Virus record (IMG/VR): IMGVR_UViG_3300022177_000058
Location: 1 to 33,464 of that record
Reading direction: 5' to 3' (one strand)
Origin: a virus
Taxonomy: Duplodnaviria; Caudoviricetes
DNA: 33,464 bases
Shown piece by piece: positions 25,819 to 32,330 of this stretch. The notes beneath the pieces were generated by a model. The model was not told where the DNA came from. It ran no database searches and was given only the letters and a program-made list of their open reading frames with translations. The first letter of the stretch is position 1. Every line of letters starts with the position of its first letter. The position numbers were made by a program, and so were the translations under genes.

Positions 25819-27435
25819 TTATGCGACCTTCCCTTTCTTCTTTCCTTTTACGATGGTCTCCACCCATTCATTTACAAAAGCGTTGACCTCTTCCGTCATA
25901 TTGCAGTTGGATTTTCCCCGGCACTGAACCACCGATTCATTTCTCAGCTGAAGAGTATAAAGGCTTTTCTTAGGATCCTCGGCGCTGCGAATAAAGAATA
26001 TCGATGATTTCCCTTCGATCATCTCCTTCCAGTAACCTCCTTCTTTACCCACACAATGTCCCAGCTGTCTGGATTCATCCTTAAGCTGTTCCTCGTTTCT
26101 TGCGGCTGTAATTATAAGATTTCCGCTGGTGTATTCCAGTGGCAAGAGGCGCTTTAGGATCTTATCTTCAAAGTTCTTCATCTTCTTTCGAAGCTCGGCT
26201 GCTTCTTTTCTGCTCTTGGCTTTCTTTTCTGCCGCGCGTTTCTTTTCTAAAACTTCTCCAGATATCCTGTGGGCTTCCGGCAAGGACTTCGGAAAGCGGA
26301 AGTACTCCGATTCCAAATCGTATCCTATTTCCCGGGCTTCTCTGAGATAGTCGATATAATCCCTCTTCACCGTTCTTATCGTATATCCGTATGCTCCATG
26401 GCTACAGCATGGCATGTTCGCCACATATTGCTTATCCAGGTACCGGTAAACCTTCTTCAATGTAACCCCGGCCAGAAGTTTCTTGTCATCTACGATGTCC
26501 AGCAGGTCGGCAACCTCCCCAAGCTCTCCAGCTTTTATCTTCCAGCCTTCTTTATAGCAGCGTTTGGCGGTTGCAATTACCTTGGCAGGATCTCGCCTAT
26601 TTGCCGCTTGCAATGCTTCCCGAAGGGCTTCTTTTGGAAGGCCCAGCATGTCCTTTGGGTTAGATTTTCTCCAGTTGACAGCGCTATAGGTCCTTCTCCC
26701 CAGTATCCGGTCATCCACTAAAGATTTCAGTCCCATCTTTTCCAGGTATTCCACTTGGGGATACCGGGCTGCCAGGAAGATATATTTAACCAAGCTCTGG
26801 CAACTCATTTTTTTCAAACGTTCAACCGTCTTCGTGTATTTCAGGAAGCTTTTAGGAATGACCCTCTGGAAGGATGATTTGTTGATATATATATCGTAGG
26901 TCGGCGCCTCCATATACTTGACGGTGTTGCCTTCCGATCCCCATCCTTGGTAACTATAGCTTACAAAGGCTTCTTGTCTTTCTCTGCTGGCTATGTATAG
27001 GGCTACCGGTTCTACTTCTACTGTCAGATCTCCTGCCACTTTCAGGTTTTCCCAATCGGCTTTGTACTTTCTCCATACATCCACCAGAGCCATGTAGAGG
27101 GTTTCTCCTTTTTTATCCTTCCAACAGATCAGCGTGCCGGCTCTATCAATTTCGGTGGTCGTGTATGGTACTTCCTTGCAACCGTTCTTGCAATATGGGC
27201 AGACGGTGAGCCTTCCAGATCTTGGCCTTTCCCGGTTCTCGTTGTATGCCTCAAATTTCCCGCAACAAGAGTAGAATATCTTTTTCTCACCGACTCGATA
27301 TATGGCCAGACGCTTCAACACTTGATTGGTCAGATAGGATTCAAACCCTGCAGGATACTTGATCTCCTTCGAAAGGGCTTTTGCTTCCTCATTTTCACCA
27401 GCTTTATTACCGGCATATGTTTTTATAAGGTTCAT
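25819..27435 (-). CDS. PcfJ-domain protein
   Basis: DYIDYL, FPKSLPEAH, ESRQLGHCVG..Y, IFFIR, QCRGKSN motifs. Confidence 0.85.
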   Translation of the reverse strand: MNLIKTYAGNKAGENEEAKALSKEIKYPAGFESYLTNQVLKRLAIYRVGEKKIFYSCCGKFEAYNENRERPRSGRLTVCPYCKNGCKEVPYTTTEIDRAGTLICWKDKKGETLYMALVDVWRKYKADWENLKVAGDLTVEVEPVALYIASRERQEAFVSYSYQGWGSEGNTVKYMEAPTYDIYINKSSFQRVIPKSFLKYTKTVERLKKMSCQSLVKYIFLAARYPQVEYLEKMGLKSLVDDRILGRRTYSAVNWRKSNPKDMLGLPKEALREALQAANRRDPAKVIATAKRCYKEGWKIKAGELGEVADLLDIVDDKKLLAGVTLKKVYRYLDKQYVANMPCCSHGAYGYTIRTVKRDYIDYLREAREIGYDLESEYFRFPKSLPEAHRISGEVLEKKRAAEKKAKSRKEAAELRKKMKNFEDKILKRLLPLEYTSGNLIITAARNEEQLKDESRQLGHCVGKEGGYWKEMIEGKSSIFFIRSAEDPKKSLYTLQLRNESVVQCRGKSNCNMTEEVNAFVNEWVETIVKGKKKGKVA

Positions 27436-27444
27436 AGTAGCCTC

Positions 27445-27786
27445 CTATAGGAACTTGGATATGTCAATTACCGGAGTTACCTTTGCTGGAGCTGCCTTTC
27501 TTGATGAGGACCCCGCTTTGTCTTCTTCTGTAATCTCATAGTATTGTTCAAGCATGGGAATTATTTCATCGCTCGTGATCACTGCCTTCATGCCAACTTT
27601 TCTCTTTGATGCTTCATCCCAAAGACTCTTCATAAATTCCTTTAGGGTTTTATCTGGGTTCAGGATTTTGCCAGCTACTCTTTCATTGGTGCATATGGAT
27701 GTCAGATATTCTTCTAGGGTCCTGGTCATTTCATCCCCGGCCTTCATCATTTCATCTGTAATCTTTGCGATTGCTTTATCTATCAT
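27445..27786 (-). CDS. PcfK/AcrIIA9-like protein (candidate anti-CRISPR)
   Basis: MIDKAIAKI..EEYL..KILNPDKTL..EASKRKVG..AVITSDE..YY; directly upstream of pcfJ-like gene; AGGAGG SD. Confidence 0.6.
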   Translation of the reverse strand: MIDKAIAKITDEMMKAGDEMTRTLEEYLTSICTNERVAGKILNPDKTLKEFMKSLWDEASKRKVGMKAVITSDEIIPMLEQYYEITEEDKAGSSSRKAAPAKVTPVIDISKFL

Positions 27787-27803
27787 TGTTTTTAAACCTC
27801 CTA

Positions 27804-27812
27804 TGATATAAT
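27804..27812 (+). promoter_or_regulatory. Extended -10 promoter TGnTATAAT
   Basis: TGATATAAT; predicted start near 27819; adjacent to the SD of the opposite-strand gene. Confidence 0.65.
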
Positions 27813-27818
27813 GACATT

Positions 27819-27850
27819 GTCGCAGCAGCCTCCCAATGCAGGGTCCCGTC
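27819..27850 (+). repeat. 32-bp inverted repeat, left arm
   Basis: GTCGCAGCAGCCTCCCAATGCAGGGTCCCGTC; 30/32 complementary to 28119-28150. Confidence 0.95.
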
Positions 27851-27859
27851 TGAAAGGAG

Positions 27860-28090
27860 GTGATTGCTTTCTTCTTTTTCTTTTTCTTTTTCCCGACTTT
27901 CTCCGAACGTTTGAGCGACGCGATGGAGAAAGTCAGCATGGGAACGTCAGAACTTGCTGCTCTGGCCAGCGTCTCGCCACACACTGTGAAGCGCTGGCTC
28001 AATGGCACTTTTGAGCCCAGGCATGGGAATCTAATCCGGCTTGCCGATACCCTCGATGTTTCTGCTGATTTCCTTTGCGGCAGAAGTTAA
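27860..28090 (+). CDS. XRE-type HTH ORF inside inverted repeats; start codon unclear (possible pseudogene)
   Basis: TFSERL..SELAALASVS..TVKRWLNG..EP..LIRLADTLDVSADFLCG; strong SD followed by 8 Phe codons and no ATG at normal spacing. Confidence 0.75.
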   Translation: MIAFFFFFFFFPTFSERLSDAMEKVSMGTSELAALASVSPHTVKRWLNGTFEPRHGNLIRLADTLDVSADFLCGRS

Positions 28091-28118
28091 GTCTTCAAAA
28101 CATTTTTTCAAATACACT

Positions 28119-28150
28119 GACGGGGCCCTGCATTGGGAGACTGCTGCGAC
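28119..28150 (-). repeat. 32-bp inverted repeat, right arm
   Basis: GACGGGGCCCTGCATTGGGAGACTGCTGCGAC on plus strand. Confidence 0.95.
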
Positions 28151-28166
28151 TACAGTTTCTTATTCA

Positions 28167-28802
28167 TCACCTCATCACATCCAATACTCCCCGGCTGTAA
28201 TCGGTGGAATAGATTCCCTGGTCCCACTTCTTCTCTGCTCCCCGGGATCCCATGTTATAAACCATCAGATCTTTTTCGATGCTCCCATGTCCCTGGGCTT
28301 TTATGCCAGCGTACCAGTAGATGCCGGCTTCTATGTTCTGGTAGGGGTCCAGGAGGTCTATATCTCCGAAGGCTGCTTGCAGGGCTGTAAGATTCGACTG
28401 GTTCAGCTGCATGAGTCCGTAGTCTGCTGTGTTGCTGACAGCTCCAGGATCGAACCCACTTTCTTTTTCGATCAGGGCGAATATCTCCCGGGGATCAACG
28501 TCGTACTGCTCACAGGTCCGGATAATGTGGAGGCAGTATTCCACCGGCATGTACTGCGAGTAATAGCTGATCAGTTCCTCGTTGGGGTCTTCGATTACTT
28601 TCTGCTCCCGGATTTCATCTGTGTAGACATTGATATCATTGAGGACATCCAGGCTATCATTGACCATGGTCTTGATCTGCAGGGCAAAGATAGTCGTTAT
28701 GGCCGTGCAGGTCAGTAATAGGGCAAAAAACAAGACGACCATGAAGTTAAATACCTTTAGCATCCGATCGTCTCTCTTTCTTTCTATTCTTGTTCTTCGC
28801 AT
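28167..28802 (-). CDS. Membrane-anchored lytic transglycosylase (SLT domain)
   Basis: N-terminal TM; ALIEKESGF, YGLMQLN, DPYQNI, YNMG motifs. Confidence 0.88.
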   Translation of the reverse strand: MRRTRIERKRDDRMLKVFNFMVVLFFALLLTCTAITTIFALQIKTMVNDSLDVLNDINVYTDEIREQKVIEDPNEELISYYSQYMPVEYCLHIIRTCEQYDVDPREIFALIEKESGFDPGAVSNTADYGLMQLNQSNLTALQAAFGDIDLLDPYQNIEAGIYWYAGIKAQGHGSIEKDLMVYNMGSRGAEKKWDQGIYSTDYSRGVLDVMR

Positions 28803-28923
28803 TTTTCATCACCTCTCTAATTTTGAAAGCACACTTTGGACAAATGTATCCGGTTTCCGGGACCTGCAAGCCTACGCTGACTCCCCATTTTTTCCGGCAA
28901 CACTTACAGACTTCCCGCCTCAT
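28747..28923 (-). CDS. Small zinc-ribbon protein
   Basis: CKCC..YICPKC; AAAGGAGG SD. Confidence 0.7.
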   Translation of the reverse strand: MRREVCKCCRKKWGVSVGLQVPETGYICPKCAFKIREVMKNAKNKNRKKERRSDAKGI

Positions 28924-29230
28924 CCTCAAGCCTCCTTTTCTTTCTTTTAAGTTCCATTATCTCTTTTTCAACTGATTCTGCCGCTCTGGTCTTTCCCTGC
29001 TTGTATAGCCTCTCCAAGAAACGGCCTTTTTGGTAGATCATGATCTGCACCTCATCCAAGCCCTCAGGATTTCCCTTTTTCCTTCCCACCCAGTACTTAC
29101 ATCGGATATTGGACGGATCCGTTTCCCTCCGGTGGTATTCGCATACCTGGCAGTGCTTATGACAAATCGCCGCCTGATGGATGGGGCAGTAGGCATTATG
29201 CTTTTCATGGTCCGGACAAATAGCGCACAT
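28904..29230 (-). CDS. Cys/His-rich hypothetical protein
   Basis: CAIC..CPIH..ICHKHCQVCEY. Confidence 0.7.
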   Translation of the reverse strand: MCAICPDHEKHNAYCPIHQAAICHKHCQVCEYHRRETDPSNIRCKYWVGRKKGNPEGLDEVQIMIYQKGRFLERLYKQGKTRAAESVEKEIMELKRKKRRLEDEAGSL

Positions 29231-29239
29231 CGGTTCTCC

Positions 29240-29608
29240 TTATAGGTAGTTTCTTCCAATTAGGAGCATCCAGAGTTCCCTTGCTTGGGGCTCACTTACT
29301 CCGGAATCAACTAATGTAGATTCATACTTTTCTTGGTAATGCTTCTGCCAGTATTCGTTTCGCTCCTGGGCCTGATCGGTGATGTTCTCTTCCATCTCCC
29401 GGTGGCAGTCTGAACAAAGATCCACCTGGAATCCATGTTTGATGGATGTCTGCCGGTTGGGATTACCTCCGTATACCTCATGCCGTTCGGCTCCCGAGGT
29501 TCGACAGTAATGGCAAACTCTGGATTTTTTATTCTTGTATCCGTTCGATAGTTTTTTCTTTTTCGGTGCCTCCGGCTTTGGTATGGAGCATTCGCTATAA
29601 TATGACAT
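29240..29608 (-). CDS. HNH-like/zinc-binding phage protein
   Basis: CHYC..ERHEVYGG..VDLCSDCH, IGRNYL. Confidence 0.7.
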   Translation of the reverse strand: MSYYSECSIPKPEAPKKKKLSNGYKNKKSRVCHYCRTSGAERHEVYGGNPNRQTSIKHGFQVDLCSDCHREMEENITDQAQERNEYWQKHYQEKYESTLVDSGVSEPQARELWMLLIGRNYL

Positions 29609-29621
29609 TTATTTCTCCTTA

Positions 29622-29630
29622 TGCTATAAT
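29622..29630 (+). promoter_or_regulatory. Extended -10 promoter of antisense two-gene moron
   Basis: TGCTATAAT about 23 nt before the GTG start. Confidence 0.65.
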
Positions 29631-29653
29631 CTGAATGGAAAGGATGTGATAGC

Positions 29654-30199
29654 GTGTCTTTATCTGATTTAGAAATTACTTATCTAGTTATTGCTATTTG
29701 TTCATTGATTTTAGCTCTAATATCAATCATTACAGTTGTTCTAACACTCCGTCAGAATTCAAAAATGATTGAATCGACCACTCGGCCTTATGTAACTGTT
29801 TATGGTGCTATATCAAATCCGGGGAACCCCTTTTTTTACTTGATAATAAAAAATTTCGGTAGTTCAAGTGCGTTCATTTCTAAATTTGAGTGTAGCCACG
29901 ATTTGTTACCGCTTTCCTATAGTTCGCATCATCGCCCATTTGAGCATCTTGAGGGTTCTTTAATCGCTCCAAGTCAATCCTTCAAATGTGCAATAAACCT
30001 GAGACAGCGTGACCAGGGCAAACCTGAAAGCATTGAAATAATTATCCGATATCGCACCGAAGACAAAGAATACTCTAGCAAGGCTTTGATTAATTTCGAT
30101 TCCTACTTAGAATTAGCACTTCCCAAGAACGCCACACAAAATGCCGAATTAAAAACTATATCTTATTCGATTCAATCATTAGTTGAGCAAAACTTATAA
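29654..30199 (+). CDS. Single-TM membrane protein (antisense moron)
   Basis: N-terminal hydrophobic helix, RPYV and IIKNFG motifs; AAAGGATGTG SD. Confidence 0.8.
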   Translation: MSLSDLEITYLVIAICSLILALISIITVVLTLRQNSKMIESTTRPYVTVYGAISNPGNPFFYLIIKNFGSSSAFISKFECSHDLLPLSYSSHHRPFEHLEGSLIAPSQSFKCAINLRQRDQGKPESIEIIIRYRTEDKEYSSKALINFDSYLELALPKNATQNAELKTISYSIQSLVEQNL

Positions 30200-30212
30200 A
30201 GGAGGTGTTTTT

Positions 30213-30428
30213 ATGAGTTCTATAACGGTTAAAGTAAAGGACCTGTATGAAACTGCAAAACTTATGCACGTCGAAGGATTGGATTATGTTGAAGTAACAT
30301 TACTTGATCCCGAGATCACTCCCGACGGCCAAAGTCTCCCAGCTGGCATTAATTTCAATGCTTGGGCTAAGAATGAATCGTTCATGAACATAGACTTCGG
30401 TTGTGTTGATGCCGTTAAAGATGAATAG
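30213..30428 (+). CDS. Small acidic hypothetical protein
   Basis: AAAGGAGGTG SD; MSSITVKVKDLY. Confidence 0.8.
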   Translation: MSSITVKVKDLYETAKLMHVEGLDYVEVTLLDPEITPDGQSLPAGINFNAWAKNESFMNIDFGCVDAVKDE

Positions 30429-30626
30429 CTATGTATTAAGCTGGATTTGCTTCCAGCTTTTTTTATTGCCTTCTCCCAACGGAACCCTTCTCTCCTTGTT
30501 TGTATGCCGGTGTAATATCACCATCTCACCGGGCATGTTTTTACTTACCAGCCAATCCATGGGGTTAAGACCTAGTTTTCCTAGCAGCTTCTTTTGCTGC
30601 CTTGTCGGCCGCTTTCCGTTCTTCAT
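30429..30626 (-). CDS. DUF6906-like small phage protein
   Basis: MKNGKRPTRQQK..GLNP.DWLV..HRHT. Confidence 0.8.
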   Translation of the reverse strand: MKNGKRPTRQQKKLLGKLGLNPMDWLVSKNMPGEMVILHRHTNKERRVPLGEGNKKSWKQIQLNT

Positions 30627-30639
30627 ATTTCCTCCCTTT

Positions 30640-30849
30640 TTATGCTTCTCTTCTCTCAATGATTCGCTCCGCTACGTCCGGGATGAAGTATTTCTTTTCC
30701 CGTCCAGTCTGAAAGAAATCCAGCCCATATACGAGGGGTGTAATCTTATCCCTGGATACTCTCATGTATTTGGCCAACTGACTGATATTAATAAATCCTC
30801 CAGGGCCTACAAAGTTCTGAATGTCCTTTTGTAAATCCCTCTTATTCAT
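30640..30849 (-). CDS. Putative excisionase-like winged-HTH protein
   Basis: FINISQLAKYM..KKYFIPDVAE; second gene of early operon. Confidence 0.55.
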   Translation of the reverse strand: MNKRDLQKDIQNFVGPGGFINISQLAKYMRVSRDKITPLVYGLDFFQTGREKKYFIPDVAERIIERREA

Positions 30850-31069
30850 TCTGCCGTTCCTCCCCTCTGGTACTATCCTCTTCAAAGAGATACTCAAACG
30901 ACATTCCCGGGAAATAAGTATCTCTGATTTTTCGAGTTTCTTTGAATGTAAATTGAGTTACCCCTCTCATCTTGTTTCTGATGGACCTCTCATTGACTGC
31001 AATTGCTTTTGCAATGTCCGAATTTTTAAGTCCCGCCCTTACCATTTCTGCTTTTAAATTGTGTAGCAT
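30842..31069 (-). CDS. Cro-like HTH regulator
   Basis: NLKAEMVR..DIAKAI..KMRG..FT..EYLF; divergent from repressor. Confidence 0.85.
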   Translation of the reverse strand: MLHNLKAEMVRAGLKNSDIAKAIAVNERSIRNKMRGVTQFTFKETRKIRDTYFPGMSFEYLFEEDSTRGEERQNE

Positions 31070-31099
31070 TGATTCCCTCCTCACTACATGTAGTTCAAG

Positions 31100-31178
31100 T
31101 GCCATCAATGGCATCCCTTATGTCTAATATTAATGCTATACATGGCATCTGTCAACATAATTTTTGCCATGGATGGCA
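31100..31178. promoter_or_regulatory. Three palindromic operators TGCCAT-N2-ATGGCA
   Basis: 31100-31113 and 31165-31178 perfect; 31134-31147 one mismatch. Confidence 0.85.
31127..31155 (-). promoter_or_regulatory. Early lytic promoter
   Basis: TTGACA-17 nt-TAATAT; middle operator lies in the spacer. Confidence 0.85.
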
Positions 31179-31187
31179 TTATTTTTC

Positions 31188-31215
31188 TTGTAACCTGATA
31201 AAATGCTGTTATACT
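31188..31215 (+). promoter_or_regulatory. Repressor (lysogenic) promoter
   Basis: TTGTAA-16 nt-TATACT with TG extension. Confidence 0.65.
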
Positions 31216-31238
31216 TGAGGCAAAGGGGTGATTTTAAG

Positions 31239-31616
31239 ATGTTAAGTGTAGTTATAAAGAAACAGATGGAAAAAAATAATATAGGAAACAAAGAGTTGGC
31301 TCTCAGGTCTGGAATACCACTTCGGACAGTAAATAACATTATAAGTGGTTTGACCGAAAACCCCACTCTTGATACCTTGCGGGCTCTCTCAAGGGCATTA
31401 AATTGTACTCTAGACGACATTATCAATGAGTATGACGAAGTAAATAGGTCTTATTACTTGGATCCAGATTCAGCAAGAATTGCCCAAGAAATCTATGAGA
31501 ACCCTAAGCTCAAGCTTTTATTCGATGCAACACGAAAAGTAGACCCCGAGGATCTTGAGTTAATCTCCAAGATGGTTTCTAAAATGGTTAAGGAAGAGAA
31601 TGGCGAAGAAGAGTAG
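31239..31616 (+). CDS. Prophage repressor (XRE HTH, no S24 autoprotease domain)
   Basis: KELALRSGIPLRTVNNIISG..NPTLDTL; AAAGGGGTG SD. Confidence 0.88.
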   Translation: MLSVVIKKQMEKNNIGNKELALRSGIPLRTVNNIISGLTENPTLDTLRALSRALNCTLDDIINEYDEVNRSYYLDPDSARIAQEIYENPKLKLLFDATRKVDPEDLELISKMVSKMVKEENGEEE

Positions 31617-31645
31617 CTTAAATGTACTGAATGGTGGTGATTATC

Positions 31646-31867
31646 TTGGTGGAGTACATAGGCGTTTATCTAGTAGATCTGCCTCATGGCATCAGAGGGT
31701 TTACAAGGAAGAATGAAGATGGCAGTTATACGATGTTGATAAATGCCAGGCTAAGTTCAGAGATGCAGATCCAGACCTACGATCACGAGATCCAACACAT
31801 TGACTGTGGGGATTATGATAGTGCGAAAGAAGTTGATGAGCTGGAGTTTAATAGGCATGTTGGATGA
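31646..31867 (+). CDS. Small ImmA/IrrE-like metallopeptidase (antirepressor)
   Basis: LPHGIRGF..YTMLINARLS..HEIQH (HExxH); follows repressor. Confidence 0.8.
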   Translation: MVEYIGVYLVDLPHGIRGFTRKNEDGSYTMLINARLSSEMQIQTYDHEIQHIDCGDYDSAKEVDELEFNRHVG

Positions 31868-31894
31868 TGTGCTATTAACAGAAAGGTGGTTCCA

Positions 31895-32263
31895 ATGAGC
31901 AGTTTCTTAAAGGACATGAAGAAGATGATGAAATCAGTTCAGAAGGCGCAAAAGACCGTTAACAAGATTATTGATAACAAACCTAAACCTGCTAAAAAAG
32001 AAGTTATTCAGGACATTGATGGGTCGATCGAAGCCAAACTTGTTAAAGTGGATAAATCTCTATCAACAGATGGATTCGATTCTATTGACTTTACTGTTTC
32101 TGATGAAGATGTATCAGTCGAAGACGAGGAAGGTAACACAATTGGATATTTGCCTAAATCTGCCGCTACTAAGGTGTCTAAGTGGATGGATCTCGGTTAT
32201 TATGTTGATATGGATATGTCTGACCCGGATACATATACAGTTACAATAAATTATTCTAATTGA
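31895..32263 (+). CDS. Hypothetical lysogeny-module protein with HIRAN-like C-terminus
   Basis: VSVEDEEGNTIGYLPKSAA motif; basic N-terminus, acidic core. Confidence 0.6.
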   Translation: MSSFLKDMKKMMKSVQKAQKTVNKIIDNKPKPAKKEVIQDIDGSIEAKLVKVDKSLSTDGFDSIDFTVSDEDVSVEDEEGNTIGYLPKSAATKVSKWMDLGYYVDMDMSDPDTYTVTINYSN

Positions 32264-32330
32264 ATCACTTAAGTAATTATTCAAGAAAAGCGTGGCTAAA
32301 ATCACGCTTTTACTGTAAGGATGTGAAAAT

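Noticed and set aside
27787-28008. N-terminal poly-Lys extension of the PcfK-like ORF in the ORF track
   Set aside because: It is the antisense of the HTH gene and CTTTTT repeat; the SD-supported start is 27786
27819-28150. Calling the IR-bounded cassette an IS or MITE
   Set aside because: No transposase or target-site duplication, and the promoter lies outside the repeat; kept as an unexplained finding
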